A stretch of DNA of 64,000 bases from a virus (IMGVR_UViG_3300042291_001568:32001-96000); one strand, 5' to 3'. Shown: positions 51,901 to 62,227, numbered from the stretch's first letter. The notes: a model not told the origin generated them from the sequence alone. Numbers and translations: made by a program.

Positions 51901-52398
51901 GGCGCTGTTTGGGACGGTATTAAGAAAGCATTCCAAACAGCATGGGACTTTATTACAAAAGCCGTTGACGGCGCTAAAACAATATTTAGCGGAATTGGCG
52001 ATGTAATTATTAAAGCTTTTAAGTCGGCGATTAACTTTATTATTAGAGCATGGAATGCTATCGAGTTTAAGGTTCCGTCTGTGACATTGTTCGGAAAGAC
52101 AATTGGCGGATTCACTCTTGGCCTTCCAGACATTCCAGAACTTGCCGAAGGTGGAGTTATTAGGCCGTCGCAAGGTGGGACACTCGCTCGTATCGGTGAG
52201 GCCGGCAGGGCAGAAAGAATTGAGCCACTCGACGCAAATGGTCTTTCAAAAAGAGACAAAGCTCTCATCACGATGTTGTCTGGTGGCGCTGGTGGAATAA
52301 ACATCACAGTTAATCCATCACCAGGCATGGATGAAGTAGAATTAGCATCGTTGGTGTCAAGGCAGCTTGCGTTCCAACTTCGCAGAGGAGCTGCATAG
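48919..52398 (+). CDS. tape measure protein
   Basis: MAVVGTAYVVV N-terminus, 1159 aa, Ala-rich coiled coil, periodic W/F repeats (AWDGIKAAF..VWD). Confidence 0.93.
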   Translation: MAVVGTAYVVVQAITTGFTQQVQNALQGLNQQGSTSGNSVGKSFSRGAASGLSSADDAALELYKRLNLLIEKSYVMSAAGVALAQVLSTVASGLVVLVAQVGAAAPALIVLPSMFTAIAQAAITMKMAFKGIGAAVGSINKGSKGVSQMPALLEAASAAKDRLTRAKRSVIKAGERIIEVYDDELERIEQLKFSSEGAALSQKKAAIELEKARETLARVQDLPPNSRARRSAELAFAEADLNYRQAVDRNKDLSKEVDKVTQNGTLNKDQQVKNSKAYKDAVEAETDAVYEREKAQEAKNKADAKVASGGSGGGADPMADLGESAKEFAKYLASLKPLIDDLRVKIQDTLFPKLKDAIEILVKSGLFEILNEKLADTGTAIGNAAIDFAKLFSNPTNLKNFSDVLDTNNRSIGKMGTVMGNLVTSFITLLDAASPLIDRFTDWVVVLTDGWKKTLDAKNASGDLTTMFNNAGDVAAQLGDIFGNLFGAIMNIGKAATGPGSGGQLLFDFLEEATAKFKEWTGGALKDGSLEAFFKTTTENFIKLLEIIGIVVGAILKTGDDPGVSKFFDSLKIAVQTLADALGKLSEGGIAEGFGKFIENMAGFFAATAESGSIKTYFSVLNTALGLLVTIMSTPAFQTLFGVLATVHGARLAFNRLGKSVDFVTGYMKGAKLSAQLFTGNFTQGFKNAYNVTGKFSTALKAGITQTKAYEKAQKILWDAQKYGKMAFDGVKGALTKMGTAIKTSTIYTKLAGAATKVWAGIQAAFNAIMAGNPIALIIIGIIALIAIVIIMYKKFEWFRDFVHTVFDALKTGFNAVWEFIKVIGEKIGSFFAAIWGGIKDAWDAVWPVLVIAFKVAVGLLMLPFVLMGIAIAAIWTAIKVAFDLVWPLIWGAIKFAWESIIKPIFDLMLSLFTTVWNGIKAAFNLVWDGIKFAIDLYWNYYIKPIFDLMLTVFKLAWDGIKAAFTLVWDIIKAAISTGWGIIKPIFEAFGKIFGAVWDGIKKAFQTAWDFITKAVDGAKTIFSGIGDVIIKAFKSAINFIIRAWNAIEFKVPSVTLFGKTIGGFTLGLPDIPELAEGGVIRPSQGGTLARIGEAGRAERIEPLDANGLSKRDKALITMLSGGAGGINITVNPSPGMDEVELASLVSRQLAFQLRRGAA

Positions 52399-52427
52399 AT
52401 TATGATTATTTATAACCACACGGTTGA

Positions 52428-54752
52428 ATGGAGACTACGGTGACAACATATTTGATAGACGGCGTGACACAGCTGCCGGAGACTGGGGCCACAGGCTGGG
52501 GTACGACGCTTAATGCTGCAATTGCTGCCATTGACAGTCGTTTTACATGGGTCAATAATGCCGCAACGATTACTTCAGTCCCTGCAGGCAACCTCACCGG
52601 GACTACTCTTCCGGCCACAATTGTAACATCGAGCCTTACAAGCGTCGGCTCTCTTGCGTCGCTGACCGTGTCTGGAAACGCAACTATAGCAGGACTACTA
52701 ACTGGCGCTACAACTTTTGCTCTTGTCAATACGACAGCAACAACTGTCAACTTTGCTGGCGCAGCGACAACGCTCAACATTGGCGCTGGTACCGGAACTA
52801 CGACTGTGAATAACGCACTTGTTGTCGCTGGAAACCTTACTGTAAACGGCACTACAACAACAGTCAATAGCACAACGCTTACTGTAGATGATAAAAACAT
52901 TGTCCTAGCAGATACAGCTTCTCCCACAGACGTTGGCGCCGACGGCGGTGGCATTACGCTCAAAGGCACAACCGACAAAACACTTAACTGGGTAGATGCA
53001 ACAGACGCTTGGACTTCATCTGAGCACTTGAATCTCGCCGCTGGAAAAGCTTTCTATATTAGCGGCTCTGGCGTTCTTAGCTCAACCACACTTGGATCTG
53101 GAGTCACTGGTTCTTCACTTACCAGCGTCGGAACAATTTCGTCTGGCACGTGGAACGGCACTGTAGTCACTGGTCAATACGGCGGCACAGGTGTTGCAAA
53201 CACGGGCAAGACAATTACTCTTGGTGGGAACTTAGTAACGTCAGGTGCGTTTGCTACAACTATCACAGCAACTGCTACAACTAACGTAACTCTTCCAACT
53301 ACTGGAACTCTTGCTACAACAGCAGATACGACTTATGTCGGAACAACCGCAGTTACTCTTAGCAGAGCATCTGCTGACCTCGCGCTTACTGGAATTTCGA
53401 GTGTCACGCTTCCAGGTTCATCATCTGGTACGGCACAAATCGTAGCATCAGCCGCTGCTGGAACTGGCACAGTGATTACTTTGCCTTCTGCATCTGGAAC
53501 AGTTGTAACGACTGGAGATACTGGGTCAGTCACAGGCACAATGTTGGCTGGATCTATTGCAGATACGAAGCTTAGCACAATTGCAACGGTTGGAAAAGTA
53601 AGTAACTCTGCTACAACAGCAACCGACGCGAACACCACCAGCGCAATCGTTGCACGCGATGCGTCAGGTAACTTCGCCGCTGGAACAATTACTGCGGCGC
53701 TAACTGGCAATGCATCGACAGCGACAACCCTTGCCACTGCAAGAACGATCAACGGTGTTTCATTCAACGGTTCCGCTGACATAACAATTGCAGTGGCGAG
53801 TATTGATGACATTGGCGACGTAACAATTACCAGTGCTACGGCCGGCCAATTCCTTAAGTGGAACGGCACTGCATGGATTAACGACGCAGTTAGCGGTGCT
53901 ACTGTTGCTACCCTTGACGACATCACAGATGTAACAATTACGTCAGTTGCCTCTGGCCAATTCCTCAAGTGGAACGGCACCGTATGGGTAAACGACGCGA
54001 TTGATTTAGGTACAGACACTACAGGTTCATATGTAGCATCATTGGTTGCTGGGACAGGTGTAACGCTCACCAATAACTCAGGTGAAGGCGCTACCCCGAC
54101 TGTAGCCGTTGATACTACGACAATTGCACCTCTGGCTTCACCAACATTCACTGGCACGCCATTAGCGCCAACTGCTGCTGCTGGAACAAATAATACTCAA
54201 ATTGCAACAACTGCTTATGCAGATGCGGCAGTAGCAGCACTTGTGGACTCTGCTCCAGCAACATTGAACACACTTGACGAACTAGCAGCAGCGCTTGGAG
54301 ATGACACAAACTTTGCTACTACAACGGCAACTGCAATTGGATTAAAAGCACCTCTTGCTTCACCGACATTCACTGGCACCGTAACTGGAAGCCCTACCGC
54401 TGGAACAACAACAACTGGTGCCAGCGGTATTGGGTATATGGGACTGCCACAAAACTCCGCAACTACAGGTGCTTATGGAATAGTTGCTGCTGATGCTGGG
54501 CTACATATTTATTCAACTGCAACTCGCACGGTAACTATTCCTGCCAATGCAACGATTGCAATGCCTATTGGTTCAACTGTTGTGTTTGTTGCTGGAACAG
54601 GAGCAACAGTAACAATCGCAATTACATCAGACACTATGTATTTGGCTGGTACTGGAGCGACTGGTTCTAGAACTCTTGCGGCATTCGGAGTAGCAACTGC
54701 CGTAAAGATAACATCAACATCATGGATAATCAGTGGAAATGGATTGACCTAA
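52428..54752 (+). CDS. tail fibre-like/minor tail protein
   Basis: Thr/Gly/Ala-rich; duplicated DDIxDVTITS..xGQFLKWNGTxWxND; ASPTFTG.P.APTA..GTN.TQIATTAY. Confidence 0.75.
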   Translation: METTVTTYLIDGVTQLPETGATGWGTTLNAAIAAIDSRFTWVNNAATITSVPAGNLTGTTLPATIVTSSLTSVGSLASLTVSGNATIAGLLTGATTFALVNTTATTVNFAGAATTLNIGAGTGTTTVNNALVVAGNLTVNGTTTTVNSTTLTVDDKNIVLADTASPTDVGADGGGITLKGTTDKTLNWVDATDAWTSSEHLNLAAGKAFYISGSGVLSSTTLGSGVTGSSLTSVGTISSGTWNGTVVTGQYGGTGVANTGKTITLGGNLVTSGAFATTITATATTNVTLPTTGTLATTADTTYVGTTAVTLSRASADLALTGISSVTLPGSSSGTAQIVASAAAGTGTVITLPSASGTVVTTGDTGSVTGTMLAGSIADTKLSTIATVGKVSNSATTATDANTTSAIVARDASGNFAAGTITAALTGNASTATTLATARTINGVSFNGSADITIAVASIDDIGDVTITSATAGQFLKWNGTAWINDAVSGATVATLDDITDVTITSVASGQFLKWNGTVWVNDAIDLGTDTTGSYVASLVAGTGVTLTNNSGEGATPTVAVDTTTIAPLASPTFTGTPLAPTAAAGTNNTQIATTAYADAAVAALVDSAPATLNTLDELAAALGDDTNFATTTATAIGLKAPLASPTFTGTVTGSPTAGTTTTGASGIGYMGLPQNSATTGAYGIVAADAGLHIYSTATRTVTIPANATIAMPIGSTVVFVAGTGATVTIAITSDTMYLAGTGATGSRTLAAFGVATAVKITSTSWIISGNGLT

Positions 54753-55402
54753 TGGCTGGCGTACTAGGTGGTCTAATTGGAAGCACGAAAGGCAGGACTG
54801 TACCAACTGCTCCAACTTCATTAAGTGCTGCTCCTGGAGTCAATGTTGCTACGATTTCTTTTACTGCACCTTCAAGTGACGGTGGTTCTGCTATCACGAA
54901 CTACCAATACTCGTTTAACAACTCAACTTTTACTGCGCTAAGTCCTGTTGATACAACAAGTCCAGTAAGTATTACTGGTTTAGGTGAAAATACTGCTTAC
55001 ACTCTTTATTTAAGGGCTGTTAATGCTAATGGGGTAGGGGATTCTTCAGCAGGAGTATCGTTTACGCAATACAGTAAACCTCAGGCAACCAACCCATTCA
55101 GCATGGATGGGTTCATTGTTTATGACAACCCTACAATTTTTTATGTTGATATAACCCCTCAAAATTCGGGTGTTACTGTATCAAGTCCTACTATTCAGCG
55201 AAGCACGACAGAAAATTTTGCATCTGTCACATCTTTTGCCGCAACACCATCTTCTTTTTCAAGCGGATTTTCAAGCACTAGGGTTTCTGCATCAATAACC
55301 TTTCCTACCAATTCCATCTATTATTGGCTAAGACCAACATTTACTATTGCTGGTGAGACTTTCATTGGCAACAGCAATATCCGAGTTACCGCCGACTACT
55401 AA
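54752..55402 (+). CDS. fibronectin type III domain protein
   Basis: PTAPTSLSA......ISFTAPSSDGGSAITNYQYS...ITGL...TAY..YLRAVNANGVG. Confidence 0.85.
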   Translation: MAGVLGGLIGSTKGRTVPTAPTSLSAAPGVNVATISFTAPSSDGGSAITNYQYSFNNSTFTALSPVDTTSPVSITGLGENTAYTLYLRAVNANGVGDSSAGVSFTQYSKPQATNPFSMDGFIVYDNPTIFYVDITPQNSGVTVSSPTIQRSTTENFASVTSFAATPSSFSSGFSSTRVSASITFPTNSIYYWLRPTFTIAGETFIGNSNIRVTADY

Positions 55403-55508
55403 TGAAGCAGCAAGGATACTAAACAATGACAATTTTAAAGCAATACGATAGCGGTACTTCACAGTGTGCTATCTATTTTGCTATGGTCTACGTAAAGAAA
55501 GCTAGACT

Positions 55509-56714
55509 ATGCCTACTTTAGCAACTCCGTACTACGGCACCTCAACATACGGCACTGGTGAGTACCTTGAGGCTGCATCGCTAGGAGTAGAAACCACCGC
55601 TGTAGACAACACGCTAAGAGTAGTTCCAGCGCCACTATTTACCGGGCTAAAGCTACAGGCAGATGTCAAGCTTGGTACTCTGGTGCTAAATACAATTGAT
55701 GCCAACAACGTAGTGTGGGTATGCACTGACATTGAAGGCTGGTGGGTGCATCCAGACCCAGAAGTTCCTGACATTGCTCGTGGTTGGGGAGATGGTTCTT
55801 ACGATGTTAAAGGCCGATGGCAAGCTAGGCAACTGACGCTTTCAGGTGTTTTTCTTACACCAGACGGTGACAGTGTTGCTGCTGCTCGTAATACACTAAT
55901 TTCAGCAACAAGCCTTGTACACACTGGCGCATGGCTAGTTGTGAACGAAGATCCACCACGTGCTTCATACGTTCGTCTTAGCGGACGGCCAGACATTACT
56001 ACGGTTAATCCGCGTGGGCGTACTGAATTCTCAATAGGCTTGCGAGCTGCTGACCCAATCAAGTACGAATGGATTGATGCAAATGAAGAAGGATACTCGC
56101 TGACTACTGTCTTGTGCAAAAGCGCATCGCCCGCCAGAACAGGTACTACTACAATTACTAATGTCGGCAACACTGCGGTATCGGCAGTCTTTGAAGTTAC
56201 AGGGCCAATTACTGGCCCGGCTACTATTTACAATCAAACTACTGATGAGTTGCTTATTATTGCTGATAGCCTTCGTGCTGGTGTAAGCAAGGCAACTACG
56301 TTTAGATCGCTTACAAGCAACGTCGCGACACTTACTACTTCAACAACTCACGGCTTATCTGCTGGCGACATTGTTACTGTAGCTGGGATAGATAGCACAT
56401 TCAATGGCGAGCACGAAGTATTGAGTGTTCCGACGACAACAACCTTTACGTATGCTAAGACCGCTACAAACGTTGCAAACACATCAACCACGAGCGGAAC
56501 AGTGGTCCGCGATACAGACGTTCTAGAAGTAGATACGTACGATCACGAGGTGGCTCTTAACGGAATAGTAGCTGGCAACCGTTCAATGGTTGACACTCTT
56601 GTTGACTGGATACGCTTGGACCCAGGCGCTAACGTTTTACAATTTACAGATGAGGGTAACGCAAATAGCACAGCATCATTGTCTGTATACTATCGCTCTG
56701 GCTGGATAGGTTAA
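55509..56714 (+). CDS. distal tail (Dit-like) minor tail protein with inserted beta-module
   Basis: IEGWW..PDP...D......DG........ARQLTLSG, AADPIKY, WIRLDPG.N, YYRSGW. Confidence 0.75.
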   Translation: MPTLATPYYGTSTYGTGEYLEAASLGVETTAVDNTLRVVPAPLFTGLKLQADVKLGTLVLNTIDANNVVWVCTDIEGWWVHPDPEVPDIARGWGDGSYDVKGRWQARQLTLSGVFLTPDGDSVAAARNTLISATSLVHTGAWLVVNEDPPRASYVRLSGRPDITTVNPRGRTEFSIGLRAADPIKYEWIDANEEGYSLTTVLCKSASPARTGTTTITNVGNTAVSAVFEVTGPITGPATIYNQTTDELLIIADSLRAGVSKATTFRSLTSNVATLTTSTTHGLSAGDIVTVAGIDSTFNGEHEVLSVPTTTTFTYAKTATNVANTSTTSGTVVRDTDVLEVDTYDHEVALNGIVAGNRSMVDTLVDWIRLDPGANVLQFTDEGNANSTASLSVYYRSGWIG

Positions 56715-56753
56715 GTTTATGCCAGAGCACGACGCAAAACGGAGAAGACACAA

Positions 56754-59126
56754 ATGCCATCATCAGTTACCATAGCGCCAAATTATAGGTACTTTACAGT
56801 AGACCTGTTAAGCAACGCGCTAATTGCTGAAATACCGTTTAAGGGTGTTAAGTACGAAAGAGCGCTAAAGTCTGCTGGCTCTTTTAGTGGATCAATACCT
56901 ATCATAGATGACACTAGCTCTATGGATTTGTATGAAAGCACAATGCCAGGTAAAACAGCACTGTATGTAGTTCGTGACAGTGTCTGCGTTTGGGGCGGAA
57001 TCATTTGGAGTCGCGCATACGATGTCGGTCAAAAGATGCTGAGCGTAAACGCATCTGAGTTTACTAGCTATTTGTACCATAGGAATATCTGGAAAACGTA
57101 TAGTCACGAATTTGAAGCCACGCTTGTTGCTAGCAGTGGAGTTGTGCAGGTAACTATTGACGATGGTGAGTATGAACCACCAGCGCTTTCGTCTGTGCGA
57201 GTGTTTTTCTATGAAGTAAGTGATATGTCGCATAACGGGTACTACGAAGTAAAAAGCAGTCCTGCCCCAACTGCAAACGTTTTCTACGTAGACATGCCAA
57301 GTCTGCCAAACGGAACTTACACACTATGTACTGTTGTTATCCGCTCGGATACATACGATTACGTTCGGCAGCTAATGGACAACACGTTTACAGATTTTGT
57401 ATCTATCATGTTTGACAATACAGAAATAGAGCCCGCACTTGCTGAAGAGTACTCAGTCACCAATATAGTAAGAACTTCTAACGTTGCGACAATCACTGTT
57501 GACACTACGCATGACGCTATTATTGGGCAGGTAGTTCAAATCCAAGACGTAGACAGCGCACTAAACGGTTTTCACGAAGTCACCGCAGTACCTGACGACT
57601 ACCGAGTATCGTTTGCGTCGTCTGGCTCTAACATTGCATCAACTGCAAAATCAGCAGTATCGCGAAGCGTAACGCATAAGCAATTAACAACGTATGTTGC
57701 AACCTTAACTACGTCTGTAGCGCATGGATTCACAGTCGGGGCTAAAGTAGTTGTCACTGCGGTCGATGCATCTGACGCGACACAAGCTGTTTTTGATGGT
57801 GAGTATCCAATTACAGCAGTAACTTCTACTACGTTTAGCTACATCAGCTCAGGCGTTGACGATATCGCACTAACTGCAACTAGCAATTGGTCTGCTACAG
57901 AAACGCCAACAGCGACAGTCGCTCCGTATATGTATGTACCGACGTACGGGCCATTTCCATACAGCGCAGACATTGGCTTAGGGTTGATTGCCGAAAACAT
58001 GGCGCCACAGTATCCGACTACTGCGCAAATAACTGCTGCTGGTCTTCCAGCTACGCTGTACCCAACTTCGCCAACACCTGTTGTTGCTGGCAATATCGTT
58101 TTGACTGCACGACCGTTATATACAAACACAGATGGAACAATAAGCACGCTATATAGTGAGTCTTCGCTTATCGGCGGATATGAAGTTGTATACCCAAGAA
58201 TAATAAATGGGCGACTGTGGACTAGCGCAGATGCTTCAGCATACGCCACGACTACAGGCCAACACCTTGGAAAATTTGCCAGCGGAAATACTGTAGACGC
58301 TTCGGCGTACGCTGAGGCATTGCACACTCTTCAAGAGCAGTGGATGGACTTGATTACATATGAAAAGTCAACTACTACGTATAGTGGAAAAAACGTAGAA
58401 AACAAAACGTATAGAGGATACGAGCTGCTTTCTGTAGGCGAAGAGCTTGACAATTACTCTGACACTGTTGATGGTTTTGAGTTTAGAGTTGATTGCGACT
58501 ATGATTATGAAACTGGGTCTTTTTCTAAGACGCTAGTTCTTATGCCTATTGACTACCCGAATCCGCCAGACCCAGGCGAGGCATCACCGCCAAGTCGCTT
58601 TGGAGCAGACAAACTTGTGTTTGAGTATCCTGGTAACATTTCTAACGTAAAAATGGACGAGTCGGCAGAAAATGCAGCAACTAGATTTTTTGTTGTTGGC
58701 AACATTGGTGATCTTGGCGAAGACGCAAGTCAACCGTACGCCGCTGCTTCAGCAAAAGACATGTTGAATGCTGGCTGGCCAATTCTCGATGCAGAAGAAA
58801 GTGTAGACTACGAAAGCGAAGAAAAACTATATAAGTACGCAGCCAGGTACCTTGCAGAGCATCGGCCACCAATTTCAGATTTTAACGTAAGCGTGAATGG
58901 ATCATTAGACCCAGTAATCGGAACGTACGCTCCCGGTGACTGGTGCTCAATAATTGTTGACGACACGTTTGTTCGTCAGCGCCTAGCTAGTGATCTTGAG
59001 CCGCGCGACACAGTCATTGTTAGAAAAATAAATTCGTTTTCGGTTAGCGTACCAGACACTCCAACATTTCCAGAGCAGGTAGAGCTCGACCTAATATCAG
59101 AACCAGAGGTGGACAAACGTGGCTAG
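56754..59126 (+). CDS. baseplate hub/minor tail protein with inserted beta-modules
   Basis: YRYFTVDLLSN..IAEIP..GV.Y...L...GSFSG, VVRD..CVWGGIIW, FEYPGNI, PGDW. Confidence 0.75.
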   Translation: MPSSVTIAPNYRYFTVDLLSNALIAEIPFKGVKYERALKSAGSFSGSIPIIDDTSSMDLYESTMPGKTALYVVRDSVCVWGGIIWSRAYDVGQKMLSVNASEFTSYLYHRNIWKTYSHEFEATLVASSGVVQVTIDDGEYEPPALSSVRVFFYEVSDMSHNGYYEVKSSPAPTANVFYVDMPSLPNGTYTLCTVVIRSDTYDYVRQLMDNTFTDFVSIMFDNTEIEPALAEEYSVTNIVRTSNVATITVDTTHDAIIGQVVQIQDVDSALNGFHEVTAVPDDYRVSFASSGSNIASTAKSAVSRSVTHKQLTTYVATLTTSVAHGFTVGAKVVVTAVDASDATQAVFDGEYPITAVTSTTFSYISSGVDDIALTATSNWSATETPTATVAPYMYVPTYGPFPYSADIGLGLIAENMAPQYPTTAQITAAGLPATLYPTSPTPVVAGNIVLTARPLYTNTDGTISTLYSESSLIGGYEVVYPRIINGRLWTSADASAYATTTGQHLGKFASGNTVDASAYAEALHTLQEQWMDLITYEKSTTTYSGKNVENKTYRGYELLSVGEELDNYSDTVDGFEFRVDCDYDYETGSFSKTLVLMPIDYPNPPDPGEASPPSRFGADKLVFEYPGNISNVKMDESAENAATRFFVVGNIGDLGEDASQPYAAASAKDMLNAGWPILDAEESVDYESEEKLYKYAARYLAEHRPPISDFNVSVNGSLDPVIGTYAPGDWCSIIVDDTFVRQRLASDLEPRDTVIVRKINSFSVSVPDTPTFPEQVELDLISEPEVDKRG

Positions 59127-60807
59127 TAACAGACGACGCAGCACTAAATCGCTTGGAAAAGTAGTAACGAACATGCAGTCTAGACTTAGGTTCGTGCAAA
59201 AACGACCGGTGCCTAGGCGAGTTGGAAAGCGTGTAGTTTCTTCAGCGAATATTAAAAAAGACGCAGTCACACCTGTAGAACTCGCGCCCGACTCTGTAAC
59301 ACCAGAAGCTCTGGCACCCGACTCTGTAACGCAAGACGCAATTGCACCTGGAGCTGTCTCAGACACTGAATTAGCATTAGGCGCAGGCGGTGCAGACACT
59401 ACATTTAGTGGCTCTCAGCCTGTGAACCCTGCAGTCGGCGACGTGTGGTTTGACTCGTCGGACAGTCTCAAACTAAAACGCTACGACGGAACCAACTGGG
59501 TTTCGATGCGAGACCTTGGCATTGCTGCTGCTCAAGCTGGTGCAGACGCTGCTTCCACTGCAGCTGCTGCAGCGCAGACTACAGCAGACGGCAAGAATAA
59601 AGTATACAGGCAAACGGCAGAGCCTACAGGAGGAACGTACGCCGAAGGCGACTTGTGGTTTGACACCGATGACAACAACAAGATCTACCGACGCACTAGC
59701 TCTGCGTGGACAGCAGTTCAACTTGGCGGAGAAGCTCTCGCAAACATCAATGCAAACAAGATTACAGCAGGAACTATTGATGCAAGTGTTATTACAGTTT
59801 CTAATCTAAATGCCGGAAATCTTACTGCTGGCACAATTGCGGCAGCAAGAATTACGTCAACAAGCATTTCAGCTGCTGACATTAATGCTGACAGACTTAC
59901 TGCTGGAACAATTGCATCAGCAAGAATTACGTCGACAAGTATCTCCGCTGCTGACATCAACGCTGACAGAATCACTGCTGGAACTCTTACTGGACGCGCT
60001 ATCAACAATGGAAGCGGAACTTTTAGTGTTGACACTGCTGGAAATCTCACCGCGACTTCGGCAAGTATCACTGGCACGATAAACTCATCTGGAGGAACTA
60101 TTGCCGGCTGGAACATTTCAGGCGGCGGATTCACGACCGGAGGGACTTATGCTTCTGGCGGCGTCACCTATCCAATCGCAGCGTTGCTTTCCAACGGATC
60201 ATTCGTTGCTTATCAATTTAACGATGCCAAGCCAGGATCTTTCGTCGTAGATGTTGACAACGGAGTGCTGCTGAACGCAGTATCTCTTAGGTCAACAAGT
60301 ACAGGTGGATCAAAGTCCGCATGGTATCCGTATTATGACAATAACGCGAACCTTGGAACGTCAGGTTTTAGATGGAAGAATGTCTTCGCAGTCAACACCG
60401 CAATCAGCGCGTCAGATGCTCGTCTTAAAACAGAAATCAAAACTACTGATCTTGGTCTTAATTTTATTGAAAAGCTGCGACCAGTGTCGTATAAGTGGGT
60501 GTCGGAAGGAAATAGGCCAGTTCTTGACGAAGATGGCAAAGAAGTTAGAGACCCTATTACGAATATCACTCCTGTTGAATCAATTGGTCCTGGCCTTAGA
60601 ACTCTTTATGGACTAATAGCTCAAGAAGTTCGCCAAGCTGTAGCAGATCTTGGAATAGATCCTTCTGATTTTGGCCCGTGGACTCTTAGTAATGTAGATG
60701 ATCCAGACTCTTCTCAAGGCTTAAAATACGATCAATTCATACCAATGCTAATTAAGGCAGTTCAAGAACTTTCTGCAAAAGTCAAAGAATTAGAAAGTAA
60801 CCAGTAA
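59119..60807 (+). CDS. tail fibre/spike with C-terminal intramolecular chaperone (peptidase S74-like)
   Basis: INADxxTAGT repeats; SDARLKTEI...LNFIEKLRPVSYKW...GLIAQEV...LKYDQFIP.LIKAVQELSAKV. Confidence 0.9.
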   Translation: MASNRRRSTKSLGKVVTNMQSRLRFVQKRPVPRRVGKRVVSSANIKKDAVTPVELAPDSVTPEALAPDSVTQDAIAPGAVSDTELALGAGGADTTFSGSQPVNPAVGDVWFDSSDSLKLKRYDGTNWVSMRDLGIAAAQAGADAASTAAAAAQTTADGKNKVYRQTAEPTGGTYAEGDLWFDTDDNNKIYRRTSSAWTAVQLGGEALANINANKITAGTIDASVITVSNLNAGNLTAGTIAAARITSTSISAADINADRLTAGTIASARITSTSISAADINADRITAGTLTGRAINNGSGTFSVDTAGNLTATSASITGTINSSGGTIAGWNISGGGFTTGGTYASGGVTYPIAALLSNGSFVAYQFNDAKPGSFVVDVDNGVLLNAVSLRSTSTGGSKSAWYPYYDNNANLGTSGFRWKNVFAVNTAISASDARLKTEIKTTDLGLNFIEKLRPVSYKWVSEGNRPVLDEDGKEVRDPITNITPVESIGPGLRTLYGLIAQEVRQAVADLGIDPSDFGPWTLSNVDDPDSSQGLKYDQFIPMLIKAVQELSAKVKELESNQ

Positions 60808-60865
60808 CTATGCTAAACATGGTTAGAATTTCAATAACAAGCACGACACGAGAAACGACAACAAA

Positions 60866-61348
60866 ATGATTCAAGTTAAAGACGGCGCACGCACACTACA
60901 GTTCAACGGGACATTACTCGGCAAGTCCTCGTCATATCGTAAGGACTCGCTGCGGTGGATTGAGTTTGAACTCTATAAAACAGAAAACGGGTCATACGTA
61001 CTTTCACGTATTGGCGTTTCAGTTATTTACCATTGCGCAGCATGTCACTTAGTAAAGCGCTACAGCCTTCAGGACATTCCAGTAAATGATGTACCAAAAG
61101 ATCGGGTGCAACTGCTTGTCCCGTGCGATGTGTGCACTCCATCATTCGCTGCAGAATTGATCTTCCCAGAAAAAAATAGGTACTGGGCCCAAGTAAGTGA
61201 CGACCCAAGCGCCGTGCTAGATGCTCTATATAAATACGACAATGGCGGGGCTCGCTATTTGACGAATGTAGCGCAAAGGCTACTTGAACAAGCCGCCTCG
61301 CTCGACAAAGGAATTGAGTCTGTCTACAAAATTGAGATGATCCCGTAG
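60866..61348 (+). CDS. hypothetical protein with CxxC pairs
   Basis: ORF track; RTLQF.G.LLG...W.E.ELYKT..G.YV; CAAC and CDVC. Confidence 0.75.
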   Translation: MIQVKDGARTLQFNGTLLGKSSSYRKDSLRWIEFELYKTENGSYVLSRIGVSVIYHCAACHLVKRYSLQDIPVNDVPKDRVQLLVPCDVCTPSFAAELIFPEKNRYWAQVSDDPSAVLDALYKYDNGGARYLTNVAQRLLEQAASLDKGIESVYKIEMIP

Positions 61349-61400
61349 CCAGCGCTTTTTGTTGTTATATTAGAAACAGCAAAGACGAAAGACGGTTTCA

Positions 61401-62222
61401 ATGTTCATAGTTATAGAAGGCTCAGACGGCTCTGGCAAAAGCTCTCTTACAGACGAGGTTTCCCGCCAGTTAGCGGACAGATACCCCGACTTTCATATCA
61501 CGCGTTTCCACAAAGGGCGCCCAGAAGAAGAGTCTCGCAGGTGGGTTCTTAACGATTGGGTAATGTCGATTGAAAACATTAACTGGTTTGAGGCCGTCGC
61601 TGTAGCGGACAGATGGCATTGGGGCGAAGCAACATACGCACCGGTAAAGCGGCCTCACACGTGTAAAGACGCCTTCGGTCTTCTTGGCGTAGCTGGTTGG
61701 CGCTGGACAGAGTGGTTTATGGCGTCACGGGGTATTGCGCAATTCTGGCTTTATCAACCTTTAGATGTAATCAAAACTAGGGTGGCTATTCGTGGAGATG
61801 ATTTTGTAAAACTAGATGAACTCGAGAAAATCGTAGATCTATATGAACAGACTTCTCAGGAAGTTTTCAGTCTTGCTGGCAAACTGACTCCTCGCGCTGA
61901 CAGCGTTGCCTCCATTGACTTGCTTGCTCAATATGTCATACACCGCGCAGAAGAAGTACACGATGAGGCCAAAAAGTTAGCGCAATTTGGCGAGTACATC
62001 GGGTCTCCAAACCCTAAAATTCTTTACATCGGTAGCTGGGACACTAATGGCAGCATTCTTCCATGCTTCCCAGCAGAAGGAAGCTCAGAAGAAGCGCTTA
62101 TTGAGTCATTGCCAGATACTGTGTGGCGAAGCGCTGGTGTAGTCAATCAGAACAATATGTCTGTTGGAAGGCTAACCAGCCTTATCACAATTCTTGGCAA
62201 TCCCGAGATTGAAAGGATATAG
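61401..62222 (+). CDS. thymidylate-kinase-like dNMP kinase with C-terminal extension
   Basis: FIVIEGSDGSGKSS (P-loop); DRWHWGE..Y. Confidence 0.8.
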   Translation: MFIVIEGSDGSGKSSLTDEVSRQLADRYPDFHITRFHKGRPEEESRRWVLNDWVMSIENINWFEAVAVADRWHWGEATYAPVKRPHTCKDAFGLLGVAGWRWTEWFMASRGIAQFWLYQPLDVIKTRVAIRGDDFVKLDELEKIVDLYEQTSQEVFSLAGKLTPRADSVASIDLLAQYVIHRAEEVHDEAKKLAQFGEYIGSPNPKILYIGSWDTNGSILPCFPAEGSSEEALIESLPDTVWRSAGVVNQNNMSVGRLTSLITILGNPEIERI

Positions 62223-62227
62223 CAATA

